Assembly (NCBI GenBank): GCA_028279805.1
Contig: JANQMZ010000007.1
Location: 409,092-473,091, forward strand
Source of the DNA: an archaeon
GTDB lineage: Archaea > Iainarchaeota > Iainarchaeia > Iainarchaeales > JANQMZ01
Reading direction: 5' to 3'
Length of the DNA stretch: 64,000 bases
Part shown: piece by piece, positions 27,745-36,853 of the stretch
How the letters are laid out: every line of letters begins with the position of its first letter
How positions within the stretch are numbered: the first letter of the stretch is position 1
The notes under the pieces: model-generated
The model's input: the letters and a program-made list of their open reading frames with translations, nothing else
Databases searched by the model: none
What the model was told of the DNA's origin: nothing
Program-made: the position numbers and the translations under genes

Positions 27745-30381
27745 CTATTTTTCAACCTGCTCAACCATACTCCTCCAAAGCACTTCATCTTTCTTATTTT
27801 CAATCAAATCTTCTAAGAATGTTTCCGGATTGTTTTTCCATTGCAAAAATTGGTTTATTTTGGTTGAGGCTGTTGTGAACGCTGATTGGGATGGCTGTCT
27901 GTCATCCAGTTTTGATGAAATTGTGCCGTCATTGATTCTTTTTCTTAAACCAATGTAGCCGATGGCTACTTTTATTTTATCCAAGGGAATGTTTTTTGAT
28001 TGAGATAACATTCTTTTGTATAATTCTAATTGTTGCCTGTGATTGGATGAATAATCAGCACTTTTATCTGTTTTCCAGTCCACTATTAGATATTCTTCTC
28101 CGTTGGAAAAAACACTGTCAATTTTTCCGGTAAAATTAATTTCATCTTTTGTGTCAACAATTTTTGAAATTGATAAGGTTATTGTGGTTTCAACTTCTTC
28201 AACATTTGGATAAGTTTTTTTAATTTCTTTAATGAACATCTGAACATTTTTAATAAATGGTTCAGTTTCTTTGGTTTTTTCAAATTTTTGGTTTTTTAAA
28301 ATTTTTTCAGCAGCATTATGAACATCTGAGCCAAGAGTTGAAGCTTTAAACGGAATTGTTTGAATTTTTAAAATCCTGTTAACAAAATAATCATAAGAAC
28401 TTTTAGGCAAAGCACTATAAGAAAGGCGATTAACGCCGGCAAAATGTTTTTTAACAAAATCTTTTAACCAGGGTTTACTATTTTCTAATTCTTGCCGGGC
28501 TTCTTTGAATTGTTTATTTACAAATAAATTAAATGCTCTTTTTTGCAATTCGTTAAAGCTTTCAGGTGATTCTGTTTCAAATTGTAATTCTTGTTTTTCT
28601 GAAAAATCATTCAAAAAATCAGCTGGTTTGCCAGTTAAAATGTAAAGATTTTTTTTGGCTCTGGTAAATGCAACAAAGTTTGAACGCAGTGTTTCTTCTT
28701 CCAGTTCTTCTTCTGCGTTAATTTTTTTGGATTTTAAAATTGCTTCAACAACAGCATCCTGAAAACTTGCACTATTTGAAGATTTTGAAGGAGCAAAAAT
28801 AACTGTTTCAAATTCTTTTCCTTTTGCTTTATGAATTGTTGTTAGAATGATTTTTTGTTCAATGTCTGATTCATTTGCAAAAAGGTCAGCTGATTCTAAA
28901 TAAGCAGTAAAATTGGCTAAATCCTTGTTTTCTAATAAGGAAATGGCTTCATTGCAGGAACTTTGAACATTCTGGGCAGCCAGCAAATATTCTTCTCCAT
29001 AAGTTAAAGCAACCGGTATGATTTTTTCTTTAAATAACAAATTGATATCCTCAATGCTTGAAATTGATTCTCTTAATTGTTTGAATTCCGAGCTTTTTGC
29101 AAAAATATCATTCAATGTTAAATTATAGTTTGAGGATAATTCAAATGCTTCATGCAAGGAAATGGGAAAAAAGCTGGTAAACATTGCGTTTTTAACAAAT
29201 TCAATGTTGTTTGAAAAAATTCCTCGCAGAAAAGTAATAATGTTGTTTTTTGCTTCATTTGAAGCTGAAAAATAAGTGGAAGAATGTTCAATGTTGTGTT
29301 TTTCAAATTCTTTTGAAATTTCCCTTATTTGATTATTTGTTCTGGCAATGACAGCCACTTGGTTTGAATTTTTTAACAATTTTTGAGTTAATGCTCTAAT
29401 TGCCTGGTTTTGATTATCCTGCACATCAAAAATAACCGGTTTTGGTCCTTTTTCTGCTGTTTTGTTTTCAAGGTTTTCTAATGCTTTGATATATTGTTCT
29501 TCTTTTGTTTTTTTAGAAAAATCTTCTTTTGCAAAATTTAAAATTTCGTTTGAACTTCTAAAATTTTCAGTTAAAACAAATTCTTTTGAGTTGTTGAATT
29601 TTTCAAAATTTAAAATGGAGCCTCCTTGAAAACCAAAAATAGCCTGCTTTTGGTCTCCAACCGCAACAAAGTTTTCACAGGATTTCAAGGCAATATCAGC
29701 TTCCAGTTTGTTTACATCCTGCAGTTCGTCAACTAGAACATATTTGAATTTTTTAACATTGTCTAATTCCAAAAATTTTATTAGCAAATCATTGTAATCA
29801 AATCCCTTGTTTGCCTTAATTGTTTCATAATGCTGAAAAATTTTAACAAATTCTTCAAGAAATTGTTCAAGTTCTTCTTTTGAATAATTTTTAAAATCTT
29901 CCAAAAAAGTTTTTGAATCTTGCAAATCAATTGAATCGGGCATGACGCCAAAACTTTTCAAATACCTAATCAGGCTTTCTATTTTTGGAACAATTGTATT
30001 AATCAAATATTCATCGCCGTAGTTTAAAACTTCATTTTGTTTCAAATAATCATAAATTGAATAACGCAAAAGATTTGAGGAAATAATATTATCATTGTCA
30101 ATGTTGTCCAATGCAAACGAATGAAAGGTAAAAACCTGCAATTTTCCCAAATCAATTTCAACTTTTTCATCATTTAAAATTTTAATAATTCGGTTTTCCA
30201 TTTCAGCACGGGCTTTATTGGTAAAAGTCAGGCACAAAATTTCTTCCGGTTTCAAGCCTTTTTTGATTAAATCCACATATTTAAACGCTAATAAGAGGGT
30301 TTTGCCGGTGCCTGGGTTAGCAATAATCAAAGCATTTCCATCATGCTTAATAATTTCTTGCTTTTCTTTATTTGGTTTCAT
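27745..30381 (-). CDS. UvrD/PcrA-like SF1 helicase fused to a C-terminal RecB-family (PD-(D/E)xK) nuclease.
   Basis: Helicase motifs: 'ANPGTGKT' (Walker A), 'VDELQDVN' (motif II), 'AVGDQKQAIFGFQGG' (III), 'NFRSS' (IV), 'TIHKAKGKEFETV' (VI). Nuclease motifs: 'GKIDSVFSNGEEYLIVDWKTDK' and 'QLELYKRM'. Confidence 0.8.
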   Translation of the reverse strand: MKPNKEKQEIIKHDGNALIIANPGTGKTLLLAFKYVDLIKKGLKPEEILCLTFTNKARAEMENRIIKILNDEKVEIDLGKLQVFTFHSFALDNIDNDNIISSNLLRYSIYDYLKQNEVLNYGDEYLINTIVPKIESLIRYLKSFGVMPDSIDLQDSKTFLEDFKNYSKEELEQFLEEFVKIFQHYETIKANKGFDYNDLLIKFLELDNVKKFKYVLVDELQDVNKLEADIALKSCENFVAVGDQKQAIFGFQGGSILNFEKFNNSKEFVLTENFRSSNEILNFAKEDFSKKTKEEQYIKALENLENKTAEKGPKPVIFDVQDNQNQAIRALTQKLLKNSNQVAVIARTNNQIREISKEFEKHNIEHSSTYFSASNEAKNNIITFLRGIFSNNIEFVKNAMFTSFFPISLHEAFELSSNYNLTLNDIFAKSSEFKQLRESISSIEDINLLFKEKIIPVALTYGEEYLLAAQNVQSSCNEAISLLENKDLANFTAYLESADLFANESDIEQKIILTTIHKAKGKEFETVIFAPSKSSNSASFQDAVVEAILKSKKINAEEELEEETLRSNFVAFTRAKKNLYILTGKPADFLNDFSEKQELQFETESPESFNELQKRAFNLFVNKQFKEARQELENSKPWLKDFVKKHFAGVNRLSYSALPKSSYDYFVNRILKIQTIPFKASTLGSDVHNAAEKILKNQKFEKTKETEPFIKNVQMFIKEIKKTYPNVEEVETTITLSISKIVDTKDEINFTGKIDSVFSNGEEYLIVDWKTDKSADYSSNHRQQLELYKRMLSQSKNIPLDKIKVAIGYIGLRKRINDGTISSKLDDRQPSQSAFTTASTKINQFLQWKNNPETFLEDLIENKKDEVLWRSMVEQVEK

Positions 30382-30388
30382 TTGAAAA

Positions 30389-32131
30389 TCACGATGGTTT
30401 TGTCAGCTCTGCTATTTTTTCTATAATTAGATCTGCTCTTTGTTCGATAAAAGCATCAAAATTATCTTTCCAAATGGCAGAATTTTTCTCATAAGGAGGA
30501 ATTAGATTTGACTTTAGGTCTTCTTCATAATGCTTATTCTTTTGTTTTACTTTTTTTTCAAAATAAGATGAAGGATTGTCATTCCCGATTATTTGATTGG
30601 ATTTTTTTGGCAGAAAACAGATATTAACAACACAATCTACTTTATCTTTGTTAGAATTTATAACCGCATTAGATTTTTTGGGAAAAATGTGATGGAGTTC
30701 GCTTTTTTTAGGATTTATGAAAGAATCATAAATTGGAATCTCAGTGTGATTTGTGATGTCAAATGGTTTTTGACTAGCCATTAAACATAGAAGTGATCTG
30801 CAAAAACCACTATTCAAATTTAATTTTTCGCTTAACAATGCCTCTCTATCACTAAAATCTTTTTCAAGTTTAAAGTTAAAATCAGATGCTTTAGTTAGAA
30901 ATTTTTTGAAAAGGTTACAATCATTTTTTATTTCTTCATTAGTTGCCCCCAAGTAATCTGCATTAAACGATTTTGTCCAAAACCAATTTTCAATAGCTTT
31001 TTTTATGTTATCAGATTGTGGATTGTCTTCTAACAAATAAAAGAAATATGCTAGGGAAACTATCATTGGAGAATATGGTAATATTTTTGGAGAAGCAACT
31101 CCAAGTTTGTTTGTTAAAAAAAGTATTGCTTCTTTAAGAGAATTTGATGCTTTATCCCAGTTGTCTTCAAGATCTTTTGACTTTAGTTTAAATAAATCGG
31201 ATTCCTTGCACGCTCCAAATCTAATTAAAGATATTAGTCTTATAATTGAAGTTTCATCCAAATCATCATAATTTAGCTTACCCAATCCTGTTGTTTCATC
31301 ATATAATTGTTCTAAATTGTCTCTCAAATAAAAATCATCAGTGAAAGTGTTAGCTGTTATTAAATCAATAGTTGAAAGTTTCTTTCCACGCATGTTTACT
31401 CTGGTAAATAATTCACACACTTCTTCTATTGGGACATTTTGTAAACTTATTATGGACAAAGAGTAATTTGAACTTAATCTTTCATTCACTTCATGATATA
31501 ATGTTGCAATAGATTTGTCCATATCTCTTAGTTTTAGAAGTAAATCCATGTCCGGTTTTATTAACTTACCCACTTCAACAAAATATTCCTTTTCTTCAGG
31601 ATTTTGTTTTTGAATTTTTTGGAATTCTTTTTCAGTAAAAAATAAGTCAATATCTTTCTTTTTTTCTAAATCCTCCTCTTCAATTTCCTTTTTAGCTGCT
31701 TTTAGAGAAAAATATATTGTGAAATCAATTGGGTTTTTTCTATTTTGAGGTGTTTTTTTGCCGCCCAAACTAGAAACGATCAAAGAAGTTAATCTTTGTT
31801 GTCCATCTAAAACATAGTTGAAAAAAGAACCAGTACGGTCTTGACTAATTGATCTTACAAATTCAAAATTATCAACAATTTGCCGGTTATCAGGAAGTTT
31901 TTGTTCGCTTTCCCAAATTATAAGGCTGCCTATAGGATAATGCTTATATATGCTGTCCCAAAGAGCTTTGATGTCTTTTGGATCCCAAACAAAATGCCTT
32001 TGGAATTTAGGAATAGTGTAATCATATTCAACTTTTGAATTATTATCAGGATTATCTGGAATCATTTCAGAAAGTTTTCTTGAAAACACTGTTATCTTGC
32101 GTTTTTTATACATCAATTCACATCCTTGCAA
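30389..32131 (-). CDS. GmrSD-family protein (DUF262 ParB-like domain plus DUF1524 His-Me finger), a putative type IV modification-dependent nuclease.
   Basis: 'LDGQQRLTSL' DUF262 hallmark and C-terminal 'ELHHIFPKKS'. It lies 7 nt upstream of the helicase gene. Confidence 0.7.
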   Translation of the reverse strand: MQGCELMYKKRKITVFSRKLSEMIPDNPDNNSKVEYDYTIPKFQRHFVWDPKDIKALWDSIYKHYPIGSLIIWESEQKLPDNRQIVDNFEFVRSISQDRTGSFFNYVLDGQQRLTSLIVSSLGGKKTPQNRKNPIDFTIYFSLKAAKKEIEEEDLEKKKDIDLFFTEKEFQKIQKQNPEEKEYFVEVGKLIKPDMDLLLKLRDMDKSIATLYHEVNERLSSNYSLSIISLQNVPIEEVCELFTRVNMRGKKLSTIDLITANTFTDDFYLRDNLEQLYDETTGLGKLNYDDLDETSIIRLISLIRFGACKESDLFKLKSKDLEDNWDKASNSLKEAILFLTNKLGVASPKILPYSPMIVSLAYFFYLLEDNPQSDNIKKAIENWFWTKSFNADYLGATNEEIKNDCNLFKKFLTKASDFNFKLEKDFSDREALLSEKLNLNSGFCRSLLCLMASQKPFDITNHTEIPIYDSFINPKKSELHHIFPKKSNAVINSNKDKVDCVVNICFLPKKSNQIIGNDNPSSYFEKKVKQKNKHYEEDLKSNLIPPYEKNSAIWKDNFDAFIEQRADLIIEKIAELTKPS

Positions 32132-32738
32132 TTTTTCCTGCGTCGGTTAGCTTTAATCCGTCTTTTTCTTCCAGGAGGCCTTTGTGTTTTAATTCTTTTA
32201 CGTTCCGATAAAGCATTGCACGGCTTTGTTTCAAGATTCCTGCTAATTTTGACAGATTTGGTGTTGATTCAATGTTTTCCAGTATTTGCAGTTGTGATTC
32301 GCTTAAATCAAATGACAATATTGGCAAGGTTATTATTTGGTTTTCATCAGCAGGGCAATAATAAATGTTTTTGATTTTCTTAGACCGGGAATAAGAGCCA
32401 AATAATAATCCTAATGCTTGTGTTTTTTTGCTTGGTGTGATGTTTACAAAAATTTCATCGTCTTTTGGAAGAACATCAATAATGTTGACGCATTCTTTTG
32501 CAATTTTAACAATGTCATACAATTCAATTTTTCTTTGCTTTACTTCAAGAACATTTCCAAAGCTTTCAACAATTGAATCAATTGTTTTTTGTTGGGTTTT
32601 ATTAGGCTTTTTGTCCACAAGCAAAAAAATCCTGTCAATTCCAAGCTTTGTTGTAAGCAAGACAATTGAATCGCTTGAATAAGTTGTTGTTATTAGTACC
32701 TTAGCCATTTGAAGCCTCTTTATAATAAAAACAGCCAA
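32118..32738 (-). CDS. Csa3-like regulator: N-terminal CARF-like Rossmann domain plus C-terminal winged HTH.
   Basis: N terminus 'MAKVLITTTYSSDSIVLLTTKLG', a glycine-rich loop 'TQALGLLFGS', and a C-terminal wHTH 'LYRNVKELKHKGLLEE'. It overlaps the GmrSD gene start by 14 nt. Confidence 0.4.
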   Translation of the reverse strand: MAVFIIKRLQMAKVLITTTYSSDSIVLLTTKLGIDRIFLLVDKKPNKTQQKTIDSIVESFGNVLEVKQRKIELYDIVKIAKECVNIIDVLPKDDEIFVNITPSKKTQALGLLFGSYSRSKKIKNIYYCPADENQIITLPILSFDLSESQLQILENIESTPNLSKLAGILKQSRAMLYRNVKELKHKGLLEEKDGLKLTDAGKIARM

Positions 32739-32795
32739 AATTTAAATAGTTTACTAATAATGCAATTATTGTAATGAAAAAGAGAATTGTATACT

Positions 32796-32812
32796 ATAAA
32801 CGATACGTTTAT
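32796..32812. promoter_or_regulatory. Palindrome ATAAACG-ATA-CGTTTAT in the divergent promoter region.
   Basis: It lies between the Csa3-like gene and the 32836 ORF, next to a TATATAT stretch. Confidence 0.4.
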
Positions 32813-32835
32813 ATATTTTCTTGTGTTATATTTAA

Positions 32836-33294
32836 ATGTTCGGGAATTTGTGGAAAAGAATGAAACCTAGCAGAAAAGTTTGGGAAAAAATGAAAAAGCT
32901 TGTTGAATGGGGGGGTTTTAAAGAAATGAAATTAAGCAAAGAAAAAGAGGAAGAGGTTGATACTTTGATTGAATGGAATGCGATTATGTTTAGTAATCCA
33001 GCAGGCGTTGTGAAAATAAATGACATGATGGAGAAAGCGCCTGCAAAAACAACTGACATGGATTTGTTTGTTCTTGCAAAAATTTTTGAAACAATGGAAG
33101 AGGAATTAATTTATTCAAAAAACTTGGTGTCCAAACTGATTGGCCTTGGAAGCAAAACAAAGCTTTCAAAAAAGCTTGAAAAACAAGCTGGTAATTTCAA
33201 AAAAAAATACATGCAAAGCATAATTGGAGATGCAAACACAAATAAATATTTGAGAAAATACTTTGAGTTCCGGCTTCAGAACAATTTGTTGTGA
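32836..33294 (+). CDS. Hypothetical protein.
   Basis: ORF only. Confidence 0.3.
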   Translation: MFGNLWKRMKPSRKVWEKMKKLVEWGGFKEMKLSKEKEEEVDTLIEWNAIMFSNPAGVVKINDMMEKAPAKTTDMDLFVLAKIFETMEEELIYSKNLVSKLIGLGSKTKLSKKLEKQAGNFKKKYMQSIIGDANTNKYLRKYFEFRLQNNLL

Positions 33295-33469
33295 TGGTGT
33301 TAAAATGAATGAAAATGGTTTGAATCAGCAGTTTAAGTCAAAGAAAACATTGAAAGCATTCAAAGAACTGGTTAAAAAATACAACTTGTACGAAGCAAAA
33401 ATAAGCGAATTGAGCGAATGTGACTTGGCGATTCTTCAAGTGATTAAAAGGCACAGTGAGAATATATGA
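33263..33469 (+). CDS. Small hypothetical protein.
   Basis: Overlapping ORF in an operon-like array. Confidence 0.25.
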   Translation: MSSGFRTICCDGVKMNENGLNQQFKSKKTLKAFKELVKKYNLYEAKISELSECDLAILQVIKRHSENI

Positions 33470-34215
33470 AAAAACTTTCAAAAAAAATTTTGAGAATTAT
33501 GCTGTTAATAATAGTGACAACTTCTGGCTGCTTGGAGGCAGAAACGATGGTTCCGGAAAAAGCCAAAAAACTTCTTCCCAAATTTGCTGATGAAATTGCA
33601 AAGTTGCCTAAAATAGATCCATCCTCCCTGGAAAGTTATGAGGGATTTAAAGGATCTCTTAATTCGGTTAATTCCATAATTATGATTCTGAACAGGGAGG
33701 GGGGATTAGAGTTGGAAGAGCTTGATATCAAATTTGAAACCTATAGAAAAATTTCTCGTGTTGCAACAGAATATGGACCACTTATAGACAATTACAATGA
33801 AGTTGTCCTAACAGCAAAAGAATTTGAGGAAGGAAACTCTGAAAAAGAATATGCCTTTTACATGGCAATAGGAAAATTTGGAGTTGAAGCTTTTTTAATA
33901 GTGACCATAGCTTACTACGGAGTTGCTTATACCACAACAGGATATTTGTACAGGGCTTCAGGATTAAATCGGCTTGCTTTTACACACCCTACAATTATAT
34001 CTATAGTGCTTAACAAAACGCATTGGGCAATCCGCGGCGGATTAAGTGAAAAAAGTTCAGAATTTGCCGAAATCACTATTGAAACTGGAAAGCAATTTGC
34101 AGATTCTCCGGGCAAAAAATTAGAGGAAATTAAGGGCGACATAAAAAACATTTTTGATAATACCACAAACTGGGTAGGATGGCAACTTGGACAAACAATA
34201 AGGCAGAATGGTTAA
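33466..34215 (+). CDS. Hypothetical lipoprotein.
   Basis: Lipobox 'TTSGC'. Confidence 0.4.
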   Translation: MKKLSKKILRIMLLIIVTTSGCLEAETMVPEKAKKLLPKFADEIAKLPKIDPSSLESYEGFKGSLNSVNSIIMILNREGGLELEELDIKFETYRKISRVATEYGPLIDNYNEVVLTAKEFEEGNSEKEYAFYMAIGKFGVEAFLIVTIAYYGVAYTTTGYLYRASGLNRLAFTHPTIISIVLNKTHWAIRGGLSEKSSEFAEITIETGKQFADSPGKKLEEIKGDIKNIFDNTTNWVGWQLGQTIRQNG

Positions 34216-34675
34216 ACGAATCAAGCTTGTCTTACACAAATTATTGGACACTGATTCAACGGAAATCTACTCCAAGTTGCCTTATATGTTCTTTGTTCCT
34301 GTTTTAACAAAAGGAGGTGAAAAAATGCATCATGTTGGAAAAGTTTTACAGGTTTTAAGCCATAAAAATTCAAAAGTAACTTCATCAGACAATACGACAC
34401 AAGCGGTTGTTGAAATGTGGGATGGGCCTAGATTTATTTTTGACGTTGAGCAAAAAATAGAAAACAAAATAAAAGAATCAGATTTTGTTATAGTTGATTA
34501 TACTCCGCAAAAAAATCACGCACCAAAACACTATATTATAAAAATTTTGGATAAAAAAATAGGCGAAAAAACATGGAAATCATTCAAGGAATTTATAAAA
34601 CAACAAGAAGAAATAGCTAGAAAAAGAATGCCACAAAAAGAGCCAGAAATAGCAAGCAAAATACACTACACCTAA
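34208..34675 (+). CDS. Hypothetical protein.
   Basis: ORF with an overlapping start. Confidence 0.3.
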   Translation: MVKRIKLVLHKLLDTDSTEIYSKLPYMFFVPVLTKGGEKMHHVGKVLQVLSHKNSKVTSSDNTTQAVVEMWDGPRFIFDVEQKIENKIKESDFVIVDYTPQKNHAPKHYIIKILDKKIGEKTWKSFKEFIKQQEEIARKRMPQKEPEIASKIHYT

Positions 34676-34744
34676 AACCAATATTAAAAAAGGCAATTTC
34701 CATTGTTTTGCAATTTCACACTCATAAACCGTTAAATACTTGTT

Positions 34745-35995
34745 TTGCGTTCTTATTCAAGCATGGTTAAAGAAAATCCTAAGCTTAAAAGAAATTTAAC
34801 TTTGTCTTTGTTGACTTTTTACGGTATCGGCAACATCATCGGCGCGGGTATTTATGTTTTGATTGGGGAGGTGGCTGGGGCTGCTGGTTTGTATACTCCG
34901 ATTGCTTTTGTTTTGGCTTCGATTTTGGCTGGTTTTAGTGCTTTTAGTTTTGCTGAATTGAGTTCAAGAATGCCCAAAAGTGCCGGTGAAGCTGTTTATA
35001 TTCAAAAAGCTTTTGGAATTCAAAACTTTTCAATATTAATAGGATTAATGGTTGCAATAACGGGAATAATTGCAGCTTCAACAATAGTAAAAGGATTCAC
35101 CGGTTATCTGGATGTATTTGTTTTAATTCCGCACTGGATTTCAACAGGATTTGTAATATTATTATTAGGCGGAATTGCCGCATGGGGAATAAAACAGTCG
35201 GCAATAGTTGCAACAATTGTCAGTTTGCTTGAAATTGGAGGAATATTATTTGTATTATGGGTTGGAAAAGATTTATTTTTACAGGTTCCGGAAAGATTAC
35301 CGGAATTGGTTCCTTTAATGGGGTTAAGTGATGGCGGGTTTGGAATAATGTTGGGAGCTTTTCTGGCATTTTTTGCATTTGTAGGATTTGAGGACATGGT
35401 TAATGTTGCTGAAGAGGTTAAAAATCCGACAAAAAATATGCCACGTGCAATTATTATTGCTTTAATTGTTGTAACTATTTTGTATTTTTTGGTTTCATTG
35501 CTGGCTGTGCTGGCTGTTCCGTTGGAAGATTTAAGTGCAACAACAGCACCATTGGCTTTGATTTTTCAAAATGCAACCGGGGAGGTTCCAATTGTTATTA
35601 GTTTGATTGCATTGTTTGCTGTAACCAATGGTGCAATGATTCAGATTATTATGAGTTCAAGAATTTTATATGGTTTAAGTTCTCATGGATGGATTCCGGA
35701 ATTGTTTGGAAGAATTCATCCAAAAACTCATACTCCTTTAATTTCCACATCAATTATAACAGGAATTATTTTGATTTTAAGCTTAAGTTTTCCAATTGGA
35801 ATACTGGCTCAAATGACAAGTTTTATTATTTTAAGCGTTTTTACAATAATCAATTTAGCTTTATGGAAAATTAAAACAATGGAACCGGCACCAGACGGAG
35901 TAAAAGTTTATCCTATCTGGGTTCCCATTGTTGGTTTTTTCATTAGCTTGGGATTTGTTTTATTCAGGGCGGCAGAATTCTTTGGATTGTTTTAA
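34745..35995 (+). CDS. APC-superfamily amino acid permease.
   Basis: 'GIGNIIGAGIYVLIGEVAG' and 12 TM helices. Confidence 0.8.
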   Translation: MRSYSSMVKENPKLKRNLTLSLLTFYGIGNIIGAGIYVLIGEVAGAAGLYTPIAFVLASILAGFSAFSFAELSSRMPKSAGEAVYIQKAFGIQNFSILIGLMVAITGIIAASTIVKGFTGYLDVFVLIPHWISTGFVILLLGGIAAWGIKQSAIVATIVSLLEIGGILFVLWVGKDLFLQVPERLPELVPLMGLSDGGFGIMLGAFLAFFAFVGFEDMVNVAEEVKNPTKNMPRAIIIALIVVTILYFLVSLLAVLAVPLEDLSATTAPLALIFQNATGEVPIVISLIALFAVTNGAMIQIIMSSRILYGLSSHGWIPELFGRIHPKTHTPLISTSIITGIILILSLSFPIGILAQMTSFIILSVFTIINLALWKIKTMEPAPDGVKVYPIWVPIVGFFISLGFVLFRAAEFFGLF

Positions 35996-36004
35996 TCAGC
36001 GGAA

Positions 36005-36025
36005 ATCTGCTTTGGAAAAGCAGAT
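36005..36025. terminator. Perfect hairpin ATCTGCTTT-GGA-AAAGCAGAT immediately after the permease stop.
   Basis: Read directly from the sequence. Confidence 0.4.
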
Positions 36026-36052
36026 ATAAATAAAGGGCGTATTCTATAAAGG

Positions 36053-36075
36053 AAAGATATCCAAAAGATATCTTT
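36053..36075. promoter_or_regulatory. Palindrome AAAGATATC-CAAAA-GATATCTTT overlapping a TTTATATAT box upstream of the TA operon.
   Basis: Read directly from the sequence. Confidence 0.5.
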
Positions 36076-36086
36076 ATATATCTGGA

Positions 36087-36344
36087 GTGATCCATATTAC
36101 TAAGAGGGTTAAAAAAGGCCATTATACTGTGGTAATCACAAGGCATGCTTACATTAGAGCGTTGCAAAGAGGAATTGATCCTGAACTTGTGGATGATTCC
36201 ATTGTTAATGGCAAAATGAAGAGGTTTGCAAAAAACAGAATAAAATTTGAAAAGAGGTTTAAAAAATTTTCAATAGTTTGCGTTGATGAAATTATTGAAA
36301 ATGAAATAATAATAGTTACTATTACAAAAAAGATGAGAAAATGA
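36087..36344 (+). CDS. DUF4258-family putative toxin.
   Basis: 'HAYIRALQRGI...IIVTITKK'. GTG start. Confidence 0.45.
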   Translation: MIHITKRVKKGHYTVVITRHAYIRALQRGIDPELVDDSIVNGKMKRFAKNRIKFEKRFKKFSIVCVDEIIENEIIIVTITKKMRK

Positions 36345-36649
36345 CTAAGAAAAGAACTTGCGTTAGATGCAAAGGAAAAATGATTGAAAAAAAGGATAAA
36401 ACTCCGGAAGGGTTTACTTACAAGTACTTCAGTTGTAAAAACTGCAAGGACGAGATACTAACCATGAAACAGTTGCATGAAGTTGCTGAAAAATACAGAG
36501 AAATGAAAAAATACAGAGCAAAAGTTTCAAAATGGGGAACAAGCTTGGCTTTACGAATTCCAAAAGAACTGGCAAAAAAATATGGATTAAAGAAAAACAA
36601 AGAAGTTACATTGGTTCCAGATAAAAAAGCAATAAGAATTGTGAATTAA
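36341..36649 (+). CDS. Antitoxin: YgiT/MqsA-type zinc ribbon plus AbrB/SpoVT/MazE-like domain.
   Basis: 'CVRCKGKM...CKNCKDE' and 'GTSLALRIPKELAKKYGLKKNKEVTL'. Confidence 0.6.
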   Translation: MTKKRTCVRCKGKMIEKKDKTPEGFTYKYFSCKNCKDEILTMKQLHEVAEKYREMKKYRAKVSKWGTSLALRIPKELAKKYGLKKNKEVTLVPDKKAIRIVN

Positions 36650-36841
36650 ATGGTTAAAGTGGAAGTTAAAAAAAAACAATTTAATGCGATTATTAAAGAA
36701 GATGAAACCGGAGGATATTTTGCACATATTCCCTCCCTGCCGGGATGCAATACGCAAGGAGAGACAAAGGAAGAAACTTTCAAGAATATAAAAGAAGCAA
36801 TTGAGCTTTATTTAGAAGTAAAATATGAGAATATTAAATAA
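36650..36841 (+). CDS. HicB-family (UPF0150) antitoxin.
   Basis: 'GGYFAHIPSLPGCNTQGETKEETFKNIKEAIELYLE'. Confidence 0.7.
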   Translation: MVKVEVKKKQFNAIIKEDETGGYFAHIPSLPGCNTQGETKEETFKNIKEAIELYLEVKYENIK

Positions 36842-36853
36842 TTACACAAATTC

